This document shows, in pieces, positions 12,894 through 27,239 of a stretch of 64,000 nucleotides of DNA. Source of the DNA: Octopus sinensis. Taxonomy: Eukaryota. The stretch is from the NCBI RefSeq assembly GCF_006345805.1, contig NC_043000.1:36270001-36334000 (forward strand). The letters are read 5' to 3'. The translations under genes were made by a program, and so were the position numbers. Numbering within the stretch: the stretch's first letter is position 1; each line of letters begins with the position of its first letter. Below the pieces are notes generated by a model. The model was not told the DNA's origin and made no database searches. It saw only the letters and a list, made by a program, of their open reading frames with translations.

Positions 12894-13132
12894 CATAGCA
12901 ATCATATGTATACAGATTTTGATGTATTATAGCAATATAACACGTGGTATACATACATGCAAACATACACACTCACACATACACATTTATATACATATAT
13001 ATGTAAATATACATATATATATATATATATATAGATATATATATATATATATAGATATATATATATATATATATATACACACATTGAGATTGATAGATAC
13101 CAAAATGTTTTGCGTATATAAATATTGAGCGC

Positions 13133-13165
<33 letters not shown>

Positions 13166-13221
13166 ATATATATATACATATATATTATATACATATATAT
13201 ATTTATATGTATATTTATGTG

Positions 13222-13267
<46 letters not shown>

Positions 13268-13816
13268 TATATATACGTATATATGTCTTCCATATAAGCA
13301 TTTACCTTTTTATGTGCGCGAATATATTTATGTATATATATACATATATATAAATATAAATATAAATATATATATATACATATGTATACAGACACATACA
13401 CATAGAATATGTATGTATATATACATAAGTGAACGAGCGAATGAAAAACAAAGAGAAAGAGAGAGAGAGACACAGACAGACAAACAGAAAGAAGGAGAGA
13501 GGGAGTGAAAGAGCGAGAAAGAAAGAGGGAGGGATTTTGATATATTGTAAACAAGCCCAACTTTGAGATATTAGATGAGGTAATATTTCTAATATTTATA
13601 GGTTCTAATATTGGTTTGGGAAAGAATATAATAGTTAAATTGAACGATGGCGGATGTAGATTGTCGTCAACTTAACAAGCCTAATAATTGAAGCAAATTC
13701 CAACAGCTATCGTATAAGTGTCAAATGGAAGGGCCAAAGAACTGTTTCATGTATTGACGTTATTTCGTAATGAAATTAGAGTTGCTTCTTTTGTAGGGAT
13801 TTGATGGCATTATTCG

Positions 13817-13975
13817 TTTATTTGTTTCAGTCATTTTGACTGCGGCCATGCTGGAGCACCGCCTTTAATCGAACAAATCGACAGAAGGACTTAAATGTTT
13901 GTAAGCCTAGTACTTATTCTATATGTCCTCTTTTGCCGAACCGCTATGTTACGGGGATCGAAAACACACCAGCCA
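13817..13975 (-). mobile_element. SINE family 1, 3' fragment
   Basis: AGTCATTTTGACTGCGGCCATGCTGGAGCACCGCCTTTA block shared with many copies in the window. Confidence 0.8.
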
Positions 13976-14783
13976 CAATAAGCAAGGTTATACTTCTGCA
14001 ATTGACAAATTATTTTCAAAATTTTTTCATACAGTTTATAATAATATTTGCTTCATAGAATACAATGGGATCTTTTAAAATATCGAATGGCAATGAGAGT
14101 CCAGAAGAATAAAGCAGGAATCAGAAAGGGTTCATAGACTAAAACAGCGGAGAAATACAGTATTTGAGAGTTGTCTCAAACGTGGTACTTTGTTACATCC
14201 CCAGAGATCCTGAGTTCAAATTTCTCCGTGGAAACGGAGAAAAGGAAACAAATATGGACGACTTGTTCCGAAACATCCCCAAGTAGGAAACAGTTCTCAA
14301 AAATAACCCCCGATTGTTTTCCCCTAACATTTCTGTGTCCTCGAAATCTACATAGTCCGAGGTATATTTGTAGAGAATTTCATTAAAAAATATCCATTTT
14401 CTTGAAAGTTAAGACGAATTGAATTAGAATCCGGTGAATTTTTCGAAATTCCCCACCGTACCCCACTCCCTCCTAAAAGACTTTCCCCAGAAGTTTTGTA
14501 TATTCGGAATCTATGTGATATAACACATATTTGTAAAAAAGTTAATTTAAAAATACTCATTTTTCTGAAAGTTATGATCATCCAAATTCGGGGTGTGGGA
14601 AGGCAGAAATCGGTAGTTACGCCTGTTTCGCTTATCTATTGAATATTAATAACAACCAACACCACCGTAATACCGACGAAGGCATTTCGAACACTCTAAC
14701 AACAGGAAAACCCGAAAGAGTGTAGCAACGACCGAAAATGTAACCTTATTATTCTTATAAGGAATAGCGACAGCGATAGCAGT

Positions 14784-14914
<131 letters not shown>

Positions 14915-15002
14915 TATCAATGGTAGTAACAATCTAGTATGTAAAAGAACAGTCAAAATAGCTAATGCAGAAAAATATTCTTTTCTATTCTAGGCACAAA
15001 GC

Positions 15003-15195
15003 CCGAAATTTTTTTTTTGGTGGGGGGTCCAGTCGATTAGATGGCTCCGAGTACGCAACTGGTACTTAATTTATCGACCCGAAAGGATGAAACGCAAAGT
15101 CGATCTCGACGGAATTTGAACTCAGAACGTAAAAACAGACGATATAACGCTACGCATTTCGCACGGCGTGCTACCATTTCTGCCAGTTCGCCGCC
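15003..15195 (-). mobile_element. SINE family 2 (tRNA-derived; head GGCGGCGAGCTGGCAGAA)
   Basis: Reverse complement of the 39679 and 55820 copies; B-box-like GTTCAAATTCC. Confidence 0.85.
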
Positions 15196-15924
15196 TTAAT
15201 GCAGAAAAATATTGGAACAGTTTAAGCAGCGAGGCATAAAGCAACATATCGTTGAAGCATGGATGTTTTGGACTGACTCCAAAACCTATATACTATTCCG
15301 CTACATAAATATGTTTCACTACATAGCACTAAAAACATATCCAAACAAATATAAAACCAAATAAGCAACTGTAAAAATATCTTAAGGCTGTCATATCTTA
15401 ATATTTTATCGATGTCTATTATTGCACTCAAATGTTTATACAGCAGCAAAAACAACAACAACAACAATAATAACAAACATATTGATAATTTCTTATAATA
15501 GCAACACTGTTTTTATACATATTATTAGACTATATACTATCTATCATAGTTGTTCTAGGTTTTGTTACGTTTTTACACTGTTTTCGTTGTTATTACATTG
15601 TTTTGTCGGAGCTCTTCCAAGACTCACTCAACAATCTCAAGGAACAGCAAGTTGGGTATTTTATTGTGGATGTTATCTAAGATCAGTAATGATATATTTC
15701 AGAGAAAAGGGGCCAGTTACACACGATTTAGATTTCAAGTTAAATTTACTGTAATATTTGCAAGTTTGAAAGATTTTACAAAGCTCAAATATTCTCAGGA
15801 TAACAATGATTTTTTTAAGTATGTGGGCTGTACTCATATGAACAGTTTGTTATATTTCTGATACTTTGGGGATTCATTGTATTTGATTATAGATCTTATA
15901 CATTATTTACAATATTTAATTTAT

Positions 15925-16022
15925 TTACATTTGACCCATATTTATCCTCATCTTGCTTGTTGTTAACACAACGTTTCGGCTGATATACCCTCCAACATTT
16001 ATCAGGTGTCTTGGGGAAATTT
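15925..16022 (-). mobile_element. Penelope-type tail copy with minimal HHR remnant (15965-16010; G8A)
   Basis: Minus strand GACAC-CUGAUAA-A-UGUUG...CAGCC-GAAACGUU-GUGUU. Confidence 0.7.
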
Positions 16023-16337
16023 CTTTACCCCCACCGAAACACACCTCCTAAACTGTCCCTTGAAATAGAAAATAGTCTTTTACGATAAAATGGTGAAACA
16101 GGTAAGTTCATCCCAATTTTTTTGTAAACTAAATATTTCTCTTTCTGTGTATATATATACTACCAAAATATGACCTTTTTGAACTTATAATTTTCTGTGT
16201 ATATATATATAGATATTTACAAACAAACATGATTTTTAATGAAATCCTAATAGGTTTTATGAACTTGTTAATAATTTCTCAAAAAACTTTTTCTGTAAAC
16301 TGTTTTTAACATATTATTATTATTATTATTATTATTA

Positions 16338-16385
<48 letters not shown>

Positions 16386-17231
16386 CAAAGAATGTATATA
16401 AGTATTGCAACTTTTTGTGCCCAATATTTTAATGAACTTTTTTATATTTTTCCAAGATTTTTCCTTGTAAACTGCTTTTAACATGTTCTTATCATTATCA
16501 AAGAATGTATATATGTAGTGCAATATTTTGTAACGACCAGTACTTAACACAACAAAGCTTTCACATGTTACTTTTGACAATCTTTTTCTAAAAAAGTGAA
16601 ACCGGTCAAGTGAAAAAACATCTTTAATAAATTGCCTTTTCAAACCTTCTTTCATATATATTTCCACCCGTGCGGTACCTTACAACTTCACTTGAAAACA
16701 CAAAGAGAAAATACAACGACGCGAGGACCTGGAACATATATATATATATATATATATAAATGGACACATATATATGTATATATGTATGTATGTTTAAATT
16801 TTTAAAGATATATATATGTATGTGTTTATATATATATAATTATTTATACGCTGGATATACAGCTGGCGATTATAACACTTTCACTGACTGTCACTGGCTA
16901 CATAGTGTCATCCACAATTTCGATATATCTCTGATGTAGGTAAAGGATTAGGCAGTGTTCGTTGAGTTTATGAATGAGGGAAAGGAAAAAGGAATTCACG
17001 AGAATTCTGATTGAACGAGATATCTTTAAATCGAGACTCCTGACGAGATGCGTCTGCGCCGAAGGATGCAACGCAACCTGTTGCATAGTATCCCACCTGC
17101 AAGGGACCCATACCAGACCCGTCTATACGATCGTTGTGTTGAATGACAGATTCTCGTGAATTTCATTTTCTGTTGCCTCCATTCCTTCATATGTGTGTGT
17201 ATGTGCGTGTATATAGTTTTATTCTTATTTT

Positions 17232-17655
17232 TATTCTTTTATTTGTTTCAGTCATTTGACTGTGGCGATGCTGGAGCACCGCCTTTAGTCGAACAAATCG
17301 ACCCCAGAATTTATTCTTTGCAAGCCTAGCACTTATTCTATCGGATCCCTATACCGAGCCGCTAAGTCCCGGGGACGTAACACACAGCAGCATCGGTTGT
17401 CAAGCGATGGAAGAGGGACAAACACAGACATACAAACACACACACATACACACACACAAGCAGACATACACACACACATGCACATATATATACATATATA
17501 CAACGGGCTTCTTTCATTTTCCCTCTACCAAATCCACCCACAAGTCTCTGGTCGGCCTGAGGGCATAGTAGAAGACAGTTGCCCCAGATGCCACGCAGTG
17601 GGCTTGAACCCGGAAACATATTGGTTGGTAACCAAGCTACTTACCACACAGCCAC
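17232..17655 (-). mobile_element. SINE family 1, near full length
   Basis: tRNA-like head (minus strand GTGGCTGTGTGGTAAGTAGCTTGG...GGTTCAAGCCC), internal CA/TA tract and conserved 3' block. Confidence 0.85.
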
Positions 17656-17814
17656 AAACCTCTCTCTCTCTCTATATATATATATTTAAACGTACATACA
17701 TAGATACACACACACACACATATATAGCATTTATGAAATTCAATATTTCTGTTAACAGACAGACACATAGACATGCACTTCCTCTCACACTCTCACTCTC
17801 TGTCTCTCTCACTC

Positions 17815-17850
<36 letters not shown>

Positions 17851-18170
17851 GCCACGAATCTGTTTTGCATCCTGCTGCTGGTCGTCTTTTGTCTCGTCTT
17901 CCTCTTTTATCTTCCATGTATACCATTACCTTCTCATTTAAACGCGCGCGCACACACACACTTCCTCTACCTCCCTCTCCCTCCCCCCTCCCCCTCTTTC
18001 ACTCCTATGACTTTCCCACCTCTCCACTTTCCTATTTCTATAATGTCTTATTTCAATTCGTTGCATCTCTGCATCAACAGTGATCTTAATTACAAGACGA
18101 ATGTACCGCCAGCGCTTCTAATGTTTTTACACGACTAAATTGTCACCCGCTGGGTTTTGCATAACACACA

Positions 18171-18214
<44 letters not shown>

Positions 18215-18890
18215 CATACCAACACATACACGCACACAAACACACAGTCATATACACTCACGCACATACACACGCATTCACACAACGTGCACACACTCAC
18301 ATGCAGACACACGCACTTGCACACAACACACACACACGCGCACACACACACGCGCACACACACACAACACACACATGCACACACTCGCACCTATGCATAC
18401 ACACGCACAGACACACGCACAGACACACATTCACATATTCACATACCATACACACGCACTTGCACACACCATACACACACATTCAAACACAAACACGCAC
18501 ACACACATTCACACCGATGGCGAGCAAAGAAGAGAGGAAGACAAACAGACAGACTGAATGGCAGAGAGAAACATATATTTCTCTCTCGTCATTCTCTCAC
18601 AATTCCTCCACAAAGACATTCTTCTCTCTCTTCGATCGCTCTCCTCTCCTTCTCCATTTCTTTCCCTATCTCACTCAACTTCCACACCAACACACTCCCC
18701 CCGTGTCTTTTCTGATATCTCATTCAGATCCTGTCCAGCGGAACTGTCGCACGTGGACATCTCTCACTGTAATCGCAATTACACCACCTCCCACAATCTC
18801 CACTTTTCCTCCCCATCTCTAACAATTACTACTACTACTACTACTACTACTACTGCTACTGCTGCTGCTGCTGCTGCTGCCACTGCTGCG

Positions 18891-18927
<37 letters not shown>

Positions 18928-19443
18928 ATAATAATAATAATACTAATACTAATACTAATACTAATACTACTGCTGCGACTAATACTACTACTACTACTAC
19001 TCTAACTGATTCTTCGAATCCAATCGATGCAATTGACACCAGGTTTCACTTAACCCAACTCCTGTCACAACGTTCGTCACAAAGAACTGGTAGCAATACC
19101 AGCAGCAGCAGCCCCACCACCACCACCACCACCACCAAGAAAGAGAACAACAACAACAACAAATCCCCACCACCACCAACTACACAGCCGCCACAATTAC
19201 TGTCAGCATCATTATCGTCATGATGAGTACGATGATTATCAAGATGGCGATCATCGTCATTGTCGACTTCAACACCATGATAAACGCTTCGCATCCAACG
19301 TCTCTGCGCTATAAACCATCACAAAGATCAGATTAAACAAAAAAAAGCCTACCATGTCCACTTAATCTAAAAGAACATCAATATATATATATATATATAT
19401 ATGCACACACATACAAACTAACACACAGACACACACTTACGTG

Positions 19444-19474
<31 letters not shown>

Positions 19475-19496
19475 TTATTTATTTTATAGAAGGAGC

Positions 19497-19541
19497 TTCT
19501 ACAGGACTAGAACTGTTTCATTCAAATGAAATCATCAGGAA
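19497..19541 (-). ncRNA. Type I hammerhead ribozyme motif (compact; GUA site)
   Basis: Minus strand UUC-CUGAUGA-UUUC AUUU GAAU-GAA-ACAG UUCUAGUC CUGU-A/GAA. Complete core, 4-bp stem III, 3-bp stem I, weak stem II closed by U.U. Confidence 0.6.
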
Positions 19542-19739
19542 TTAATTTACTCTGCTATGTATTGAGTAACACCGTTTTTACTGTGGTTACCCCGACTCAA
19601 CTCGGGACCTACAGATATATATATATATATACTATTTACAATTCCCCCTTCTTCTCTCTCTCTCCCCCTGGTGCCTTCGTCCCTTTCTTTCTTCTCTCTC
19701 TCTTTGATTCCTTGCCCCTGCCTTTCTTTCTCTTTCTAC

Positions 19740-20150
19740 GTGCTCTCACGTGACCCGACTTCAAACTGGTCTTTCCGGTTCGACCGCTCCCATGTTAACC
19801 ATTGTTGTTTTCGTCTGCCGCAAAGGCATTTTTCAAATACGCAAGCCAAGATAAGTTAAAAAATTGTCTGAAGTCGTAAGACACCGCTGCTTTTGTCCTG
19901 TTTACTATTCTTATTTTTATTTCTATTTTGTTTCTTGTATTTATATTCGTGTGGCATCCTGTCCTAGTTTCGTATACATTCGATCCTCTTTCCAAGAAAT
20001 CTAATGCTCGTGCTTAGTTTTTTCTTTGGGGCTGGCGGATCGGAGCGATATCGAGAATTAAACAGCGAAAATGCTAAGATGATCGATTCCCGACCGAAGA
20101 TTAGAGGGTTCGAGTGTCCCGTCTATTTTTTGTGTCGTCTCTTTGTGTTT
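19740..20150 (+). mobile_element. Diverged Penelope-like repeat homologous to ~53305-53700
   Basis: Shares ACGTGACC and TTCCAAG(A/G)AATCTAATGCTC...TTGGGGCTG and the following block with the 53 kb element. Confidence 0.6.
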
Positions 20151-20297
20151 TTTTGCGTTCTTGTCCCACTTTGTAATTTATAATTTATATTTAATTCTAT
20201 ACATATATTATTGCGGCGTAACGTACCCCTATCTCCTAGATATAATGTCTATATATATATATATATAATAGATATATATATATATATTATATATATA

Positions 20298-20331
<34 letters not shown>

Positions 20332-20368
20332 CTAATATATATGTATATATATATATATATATAATATC

Positions 20369-20399
<31 letters not shown>

Positions 20400-20916
20400 T
20401 ATATATATTGTATATATATATATATATATAGATATATATATATATATATAATTTAATATATCTACGAGATAGCCATGGTGAAAATGTTATATATACATAT
20501 ATATATATGTATATAAGTAATATATATATATATAATACTAAAACTACACACACGTACTATATTATGATGTATACCGCCATGTATGGCTGAATGTATGTAT
20601 GTATTATATATGTATGTATGTGTACATAGAACATGAGATATATATGAGGTTTTTTACGTCATAAGATTTTTTATGATTTCCCTCTCGATTTGTTTCAAAC
20701 AGTATTCTATTTATTTCAGTAATATCGAGCAGTGAAAGCCCGGTTTCTTTCTGAAGACCGGTAACGAAGGAAATTGAAAGTCCTGTTTCCACAAGTTGGA
20801 CTACTCTCAGTGCCTTACATATAGTTCAACATGTTATCTGCTTTTACTGATCATTTTGATCGGCAGTAAAATGTGCTGCGTTGAAATTATATATATCACG
20901 CAATTTTACATATACA

Positions 20917-21017
<101 letters not shown>

Positions 21018-21556
21018 GGTGGACGCGCCTGAAGGATTAGAGGCAAACACTTCCTCTCTGGCAATCTTCATCAACTTCTTCAAGTATCACTTGAAGAGGA
21101 AAGTGAGTAGAGAGGCAAGTTTTGTCTAGTGAATGTTTAAAAAAAAAGATGGGTGAATGTAGCAAGGATGGCACGTATGAATGACTATGATCCTATGAAC
21201 CGTAAAAATTAATACAGAGAGTTGCTTATTTGTAAAAAAATATAACATGTGACTTCATTGACCGAGATCACCGTGGTCTTTTCCGTAGGCTTTTCTTTCC
21301 ACGTATAAACCTGACCTGTCCTCCCCTTTACACTGTTATTGACATTTCTGTGATAATGATCCCTATTGATCAATTTTTCTTTTTCCTTTGATTTTTTATC
21401 CCCCCCACTCCTTTTTTTGCTTTCCTGTTTCTTTCTTTCCTTTTACGATCCCTTTTGATCGAAAACCAAACCCCCTTTTTTTATCCCCCAAAAGAAAAGC
21501 TCTACCTTGTAATTTGTCCCGTCTGTGTGCAGCCCTGTGTGGCTAATAAAGAAACA
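21018..21556 (+). mobile_element. L1/Tx1-like LINE 3' fragment, copy 1, within (TCTA)n
   Basis: Encodes ...INFFKYHLKRKV..., homologous to the C-terminus of copy 2. 3' end is GCTAATAAAGAAACA followed by (TATC)n; the 5' junction also lies in (TCTA)n. Confidence 0.8.
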
Positions 21557-21630
<74 letters not shown>

Positions 21631-21631
<1 letters not shown>

Positions 21632-22886
21632 ACGCATACTCTTCCGCTTCTTGTGGAAGGGAAGCGGCCCGATGGTTAGGCGATCCATTTGCTGTCAACA
21701 CTCGTTAAATGGAGGGCTAAGCATGCCGTGGTTGATGATGCACAGACATGCGCTGAGACTGCGACATCTAAGGCACTTCATAGAGGACAGTGAACAGGTG
21801 TGGTCGCCGTTTGTGCGGCGCGCTTTCCCGCAGCTCGTCTCCTTGGCTGGACTACAGTCGTGGCTAGGCGAATGGCACCGCGAGTGTCACGTTGCTCTCA
21901 AGCAACTCTGCCATCCGGGAGCAAACTTGTGCGACTTCATTACAAGAAAGGCGTTCTATAGAAGATTAGTGGAGGGGATGTGCGACGACGTTCTCGGGGA
22001 GAATCTGAGTGTCGACGAGAGACACCTGACCCGCCTGTTCAGGACAACTTTCGGGGCGGGACCTATGGAGAATCACTAAATATCCCTAGCCTGGCAGTGC
22101 CATCGAGAAACATTACTTGCTTGGGATAACCTCTACAGGCACAGTTCGAGACACACCGGACCGACTTGGCCGAGATGCGGTTAGAGCCCCGAAACTGTTC
22201 TGCACGAATTCGAGCAGTGTCAAACCATTTCCGACCTGTGGGCTCATGCCGAACGGCTGCTGTTGCATGTGGGACGAGTCCGCCTATCGGCCGAGTCTGT
22301 CCCGCAAATTGCTCCGGACCTTGCCCTCAACCGGGAAGCCAAGGCAGTTTTCATCGCACTGGTGGCCATGGTGGAATAATGTGTGTGGTGGACCCGAGCG
22401 AAAGGATTAGAGACAAACACTTACCTCTCTGGCCAATCACTCATCAACTTTTTCAAGTACTACTTGAAAAGGAATGTGAGAATGGAGAGGCAGGTTTCGT
22501 CTCGTGAAATTTTCAAAAAAAGGTGGGTGAATGTAGCAAAGATTATGCCTACGAGTGACGAAACCACTTTGAGCATGATCCTGTAAATCGTAAAAGAGAG
22601 AGAGAGAGCACTTTGCTCTCATGTGTTTATTCCCTCCCTGCCTGAGGTTGCTGTATTCTTTTCCGTAAGCTTTTCTTTCCACGGAGAAGCCTAATCTTGC
22701 TTTTTATATCTTAAAATTTCGTCTTTGATACACGATCCTTTTTGATCGTCTTTTTTATCACCCGATCCCTTTTGATTGGAATTTTACATCTTTTTCTCCC
22801 TTTTTCCCTTTACTTTTTCATTTTCTAAAAGAAAACTCTACATTTGCCTCCTCTGTGTTTTGTCCTGTTTGGCCAATAAAGAAAAT
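21631..22886 (+). mobile_element. L1/Tx1-like LINE 3' fragment, copy 2, within (TCTA)n
   Basis: Single frame with in-frame stops: RILFRFLWKG...RRSICCQHSLNGGLSMPWL...WPRCG*SPETVLHEFEQC (L1-type C-terminal Zn knuckle)...KKRWVNVAK...LSMIL* (stop 22584-22586). 3' end is CCAATAAAGAAAAT followed by (TATC)n. Confidence 0.85.
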
Positions 22887-22914
22887 TATCTATCCATCTA
22901 TCTATCTATTATCT

Positions 22915-22994
<80 letters not shown>

Positions 22995-23282
22995 CCTCTC
23001 AACCTATCTATCTATCTATCTTTCTGTCTTTCTATCTGTCTGGCTGTCTGTCTACAATAATGTAAGCTCAAATATATAACTGCTTATAGATCAACATGCG
23101 GCCTATTTAAGAAAACATTTAAAATATTATTCTATATACATAGGAATCTGTTCTATATAGACTTAAACGATATATAAACTTAGTATGAATAAATTTAAAA
23201 CATTTATCAAAAGAACAAAGACTAATATAGAAGTTGATAATAACAAATTGTTATGGAAAATATTAATAGAACCTTGAAACAG

Positions 23283-23335
23283 CTATCAATGACCGATCGA
23301 TGACCGATCAATGACCGATCAATGACCGATTTGAT
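23283..23335 (+). repeat. 11-bp minisatellite (TGACCGATCAA), about 4-5 units
   Basis: Directly visible. Confidence 0.85.
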
Positions 23336-23885
23336 GATCCGAAGTTAACTGACATGGAAATAACTGAGCAATATGTATGTAGATTCAACTAGGAAGTTCG
23401 GCAGGTGAAGCAAAACACTAAGGCTCCTAGGGGTCGACAGAAGAAACTTTTCATTAACTAAATTTGAAATATTTGCAGTGTTGGATTGATTTTCAAGACC
23501 ATGTTGTACAAAATAATTCGCATAATTACATACGCTGCATCATTTGGTCTTTATGATGAGAACCAAGGGACGTCTCCGCACACTGTAATAACGTTGAAAA
23601 ACGTAAGAATATGAACATAGACCTCATACTTATCAGGGAAAAAACGTAATACGCATTTTCTTAGTATATAAATAAATGAATTGATAGATACGTATTCAAA
23701 GATTTATAAATATTCTATCATAATATAAAATACAGATTATTATCCTATCGTAATTTTAATTTATCCTATTAATCTCCGTTTCATTTACTTTGTTTTATTT
23801 TATTTTATTTTCGTTTTTTCCCCTATTTAGAACATATACTGAACAATATACAACTGTATATATACTTAAACATAATATACGTATA

Positions 23886-23944
<59 letters not shown>

Positions 23945-24501
23945 GTGTGTATGTATATATAGGCCTAAACATGAATATATGTATATATATATATATGTGA
24001 AAATATATACGCTTACTGAATACATGTGTACATAGGTCTACGTGTATATATATATTAACTTCAATAAAACATCTATTAACGGATAGAATATTCAAATTTG
24101 AGTAGATGCTAACGCGTATATAAACGATTAAATTTGATTAAATATGATTCGATGAACACGTATACATGAATATTTACTAGTATCTGCGCTAGTAAGTCAA
24201 TAGAAATTATAGACTTATAACGGCTTACTTATTATTTATCCTAATTTGTTTATTTATTCTACTTTATTTTATTTATTTTATTGCATAATTACTTTCCCTT
24301 AAATATATAAGAATATATTGTTATTCATATTATTCGTATATATATATTTTTAATAAGTTCATTTTATTTTATTTCTATTTTTACTTACTTCAGTTATAAC
24401 CTTAGCAAATACAAGCCCACGATATATATGAAATACCATGTTAAACTTCTTTAGTTGTAGATTTGAATCCCTTCAAGAAAGACGTAATCCTTGTTATTAT
24501 T

Positions 24502-24632
24502 AAGACAAAAAGACCCTGAAGCGATTCTACCTCTTACAGCTTAAATTGGTAATATTGGATTTTACCCAAATGCTTTGAATTATTCATTACCAAGGGGCCG
24601 AAATCGAAACATATGTAGGTTTTTTAAGTCTT
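24502..24632 (+). ncRNA. Type I HHR variant (A9C) with long stem II
   Basis: AAAAGACC-CUGAAGC-GAUU...AAUC-GAA-ACAUAUGU-A/GGUUUUUU. 8-bp stem I plus AAGAC/GUCUU extension; palindromic stem III; inner UUGGUAAU/AUUACCAA helix. Confidence 0.7.
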
Positions 24633-24975
24633 CCATTGTGTTTTTAAAACTTTATTTGAATTTATATAATATCAACAAACTATGCTACAAATAAATTAAT
24701 TGTACATCCTCAACTCTCCATTTTCTTGTATTTACACAGAGTATAAAAAACCTAGAATACAAGGAGACTACATAATTTCTCAGCTCGACAGCCGTTTCTG
24801 GAAACTCGCGATTTAATTAATAATGGTGATGTGCATAATTAGGCAGATGGTATATGCAAATGTTCTCGGCTCTAGAACCAGTAAACATTTAGAGAGATAT
24901 TATCGTAAATCTGGATCCCTTCATCAAGAAGTGAGCAAAAATCATCTACATACAAACATATAATACATGTATACA

Positions 24976-25008
<33 letters not shown>

Positions 25009-25052
25009 TTATGTATATATTTATGTCTATCTATCTATCTATCTATCTTCTA

Positions 25053-25136
<84 letters not shown>

Positions 25137-25208
25137 CTATATACTATCTATCTATCTATATATCTCTTTATTCTATCTATCATCTATCTATCTATCTATC
25201 TCCCTCTC

Positions 25209-25241
<33 letters not shown>

Positions 25242-25921
25242 CTATATATATATTATAATATAGATATATATATATAGATATAATATATATATATATATTA
25301 TATATATATGTATAATCGAAAAGAAATGGCTAGCATATTTCTTAAATTTATGGACATAAAAGACCGGTTTACATGGAAAGATGATATGAAGTTCATTAAA
25401 TTCTCATGATTGGTTTATTTGTCTATCTTATCTTCCGACTTCAAATTGCCACCATTTCCTTTCTCCTGCCTTGTATTTATATCATAAAGCATTTTTTTTA
25501 GACTATGTCACTTTTATATTTCAAACTCAACTGCATCGCTTTCTTTTAAACGCTTGGTTTTGCTTTTACATAAAACTATTTTTCACACCTTTTACTTCTC
25601 TTTGCAGTTTTAAGCAACCAATTAGTTTTCTTATCATCATTGGCAGCGTTGAAAGATAACGTTATAAGAAAGATCTTTGAAGATTCGGGACAGGTGGTGG
25701 GTGGGGAGATAGCCTCCGCTTTTTCTTCTCGAATATTGAAATGAATTATAAAATTTGAAAGTAAGAACATGAAAGTAGCAACACGAAGTGTGAGTGAGGG
25801 AAGAGCAACAAAAAATTAGTATAAACATACGTATACATACATACATACACACATGTATATTATATACATATGCATGTGTATATATATATATATATATATA
25901 ATATATATGTATATATATATG

Positions 25922-25975
<54 letters not shown>

Positions 25976-26011
25976 AAATTTATCTATATATATACACACA
26001 TACATATATAT

Positions 26012-26070
<59 letters not shown>

Positions 26071-26079
26071 ATATATATA

Positions 26080-26136
<57 letters not shown>

Positions 26137-26784
26137 CTTTCTGGCGCTAAAACAACACGTCATAAGTATATTTTTTCTTTCTCTTCAACAGGAGACGATA
26201 AATAAGAGAAGATAATATAAAACTTATCTTCATCTTGACGAAACTCAATCTTCTTTCAGCTTTCTTGTATTTATTTATTTATTTATTTATTTCTTAACCG
26301 CACTTTGCTCATTTTCTTTTCTTAAAACTGATACTTCTTAATCCTGAAGCATTGTGGGATATCCGTTTCCAACTTGCTCAGACATTCATCGAACTAATAG
26401 CTTGCCTTTGCCAATAACTCCTGTAATTGTTTTTCGCTTTCTCTTTCGCGTTATTCCGTTCATTCAAAGCATTATTACACATATTTCAGTTGTTGTTATT
26501 TTTGTACTTTTTTCTTTATTAATTATTGCTACCAATATTGGGAAAATGCAGTATAACACAGCTAGGCTCCACCGTTTATAGGCTCTTCTTTTCCACTCCT
26601 GAAAGCAATCAATCAAATCGCTATACGTTAGAACTACTCTCTAAATCAGACCGGTCTATCTTTTAAAAACGCAATCTTTACTTCTTCGCTGTCGTCTTTT
26701 CTTACCCTCAACATCAGCCACGTTACCAATATGCAATGGTTGCCATCCTGCAGATATGTGTTCTGTGTATAATATAATATATAT

Positions 26785-26842
<58 letters not shown>

Positions 26843-26863
26843 ATAATATATATATATTTATAC

Positions 26864-26894
<31 letters not shown>

Positions 26895-26968
26895 CATATA
26901 TGCATACGTACATATATAGTATGTGTGTATGTATGTATGTATATGTATGCACATACACACACACACAC

Positions 26969-27005
<37 letters not shown>

Positions 27006-27239
27006 TACTGGTCTGCGTTTTGTATGAAGTGATGCCTTATCAATTCCGTTTTGTTTTCATGCAAAACACTAACCTTAATTAGATTAATTTCTTCAGTTCT
27101 ACAAGCACCGAGTTGTTCACTTCTAATTCCTCATTGCTTATTTCGTTATATTCTTCATTTTTCTTCTTCTTTCAATTTAACCGTTTATTATTATCATATT
27201 TTTTTTGTTCTCATTTAACTCTATTTCCTCTTCCTTTCC

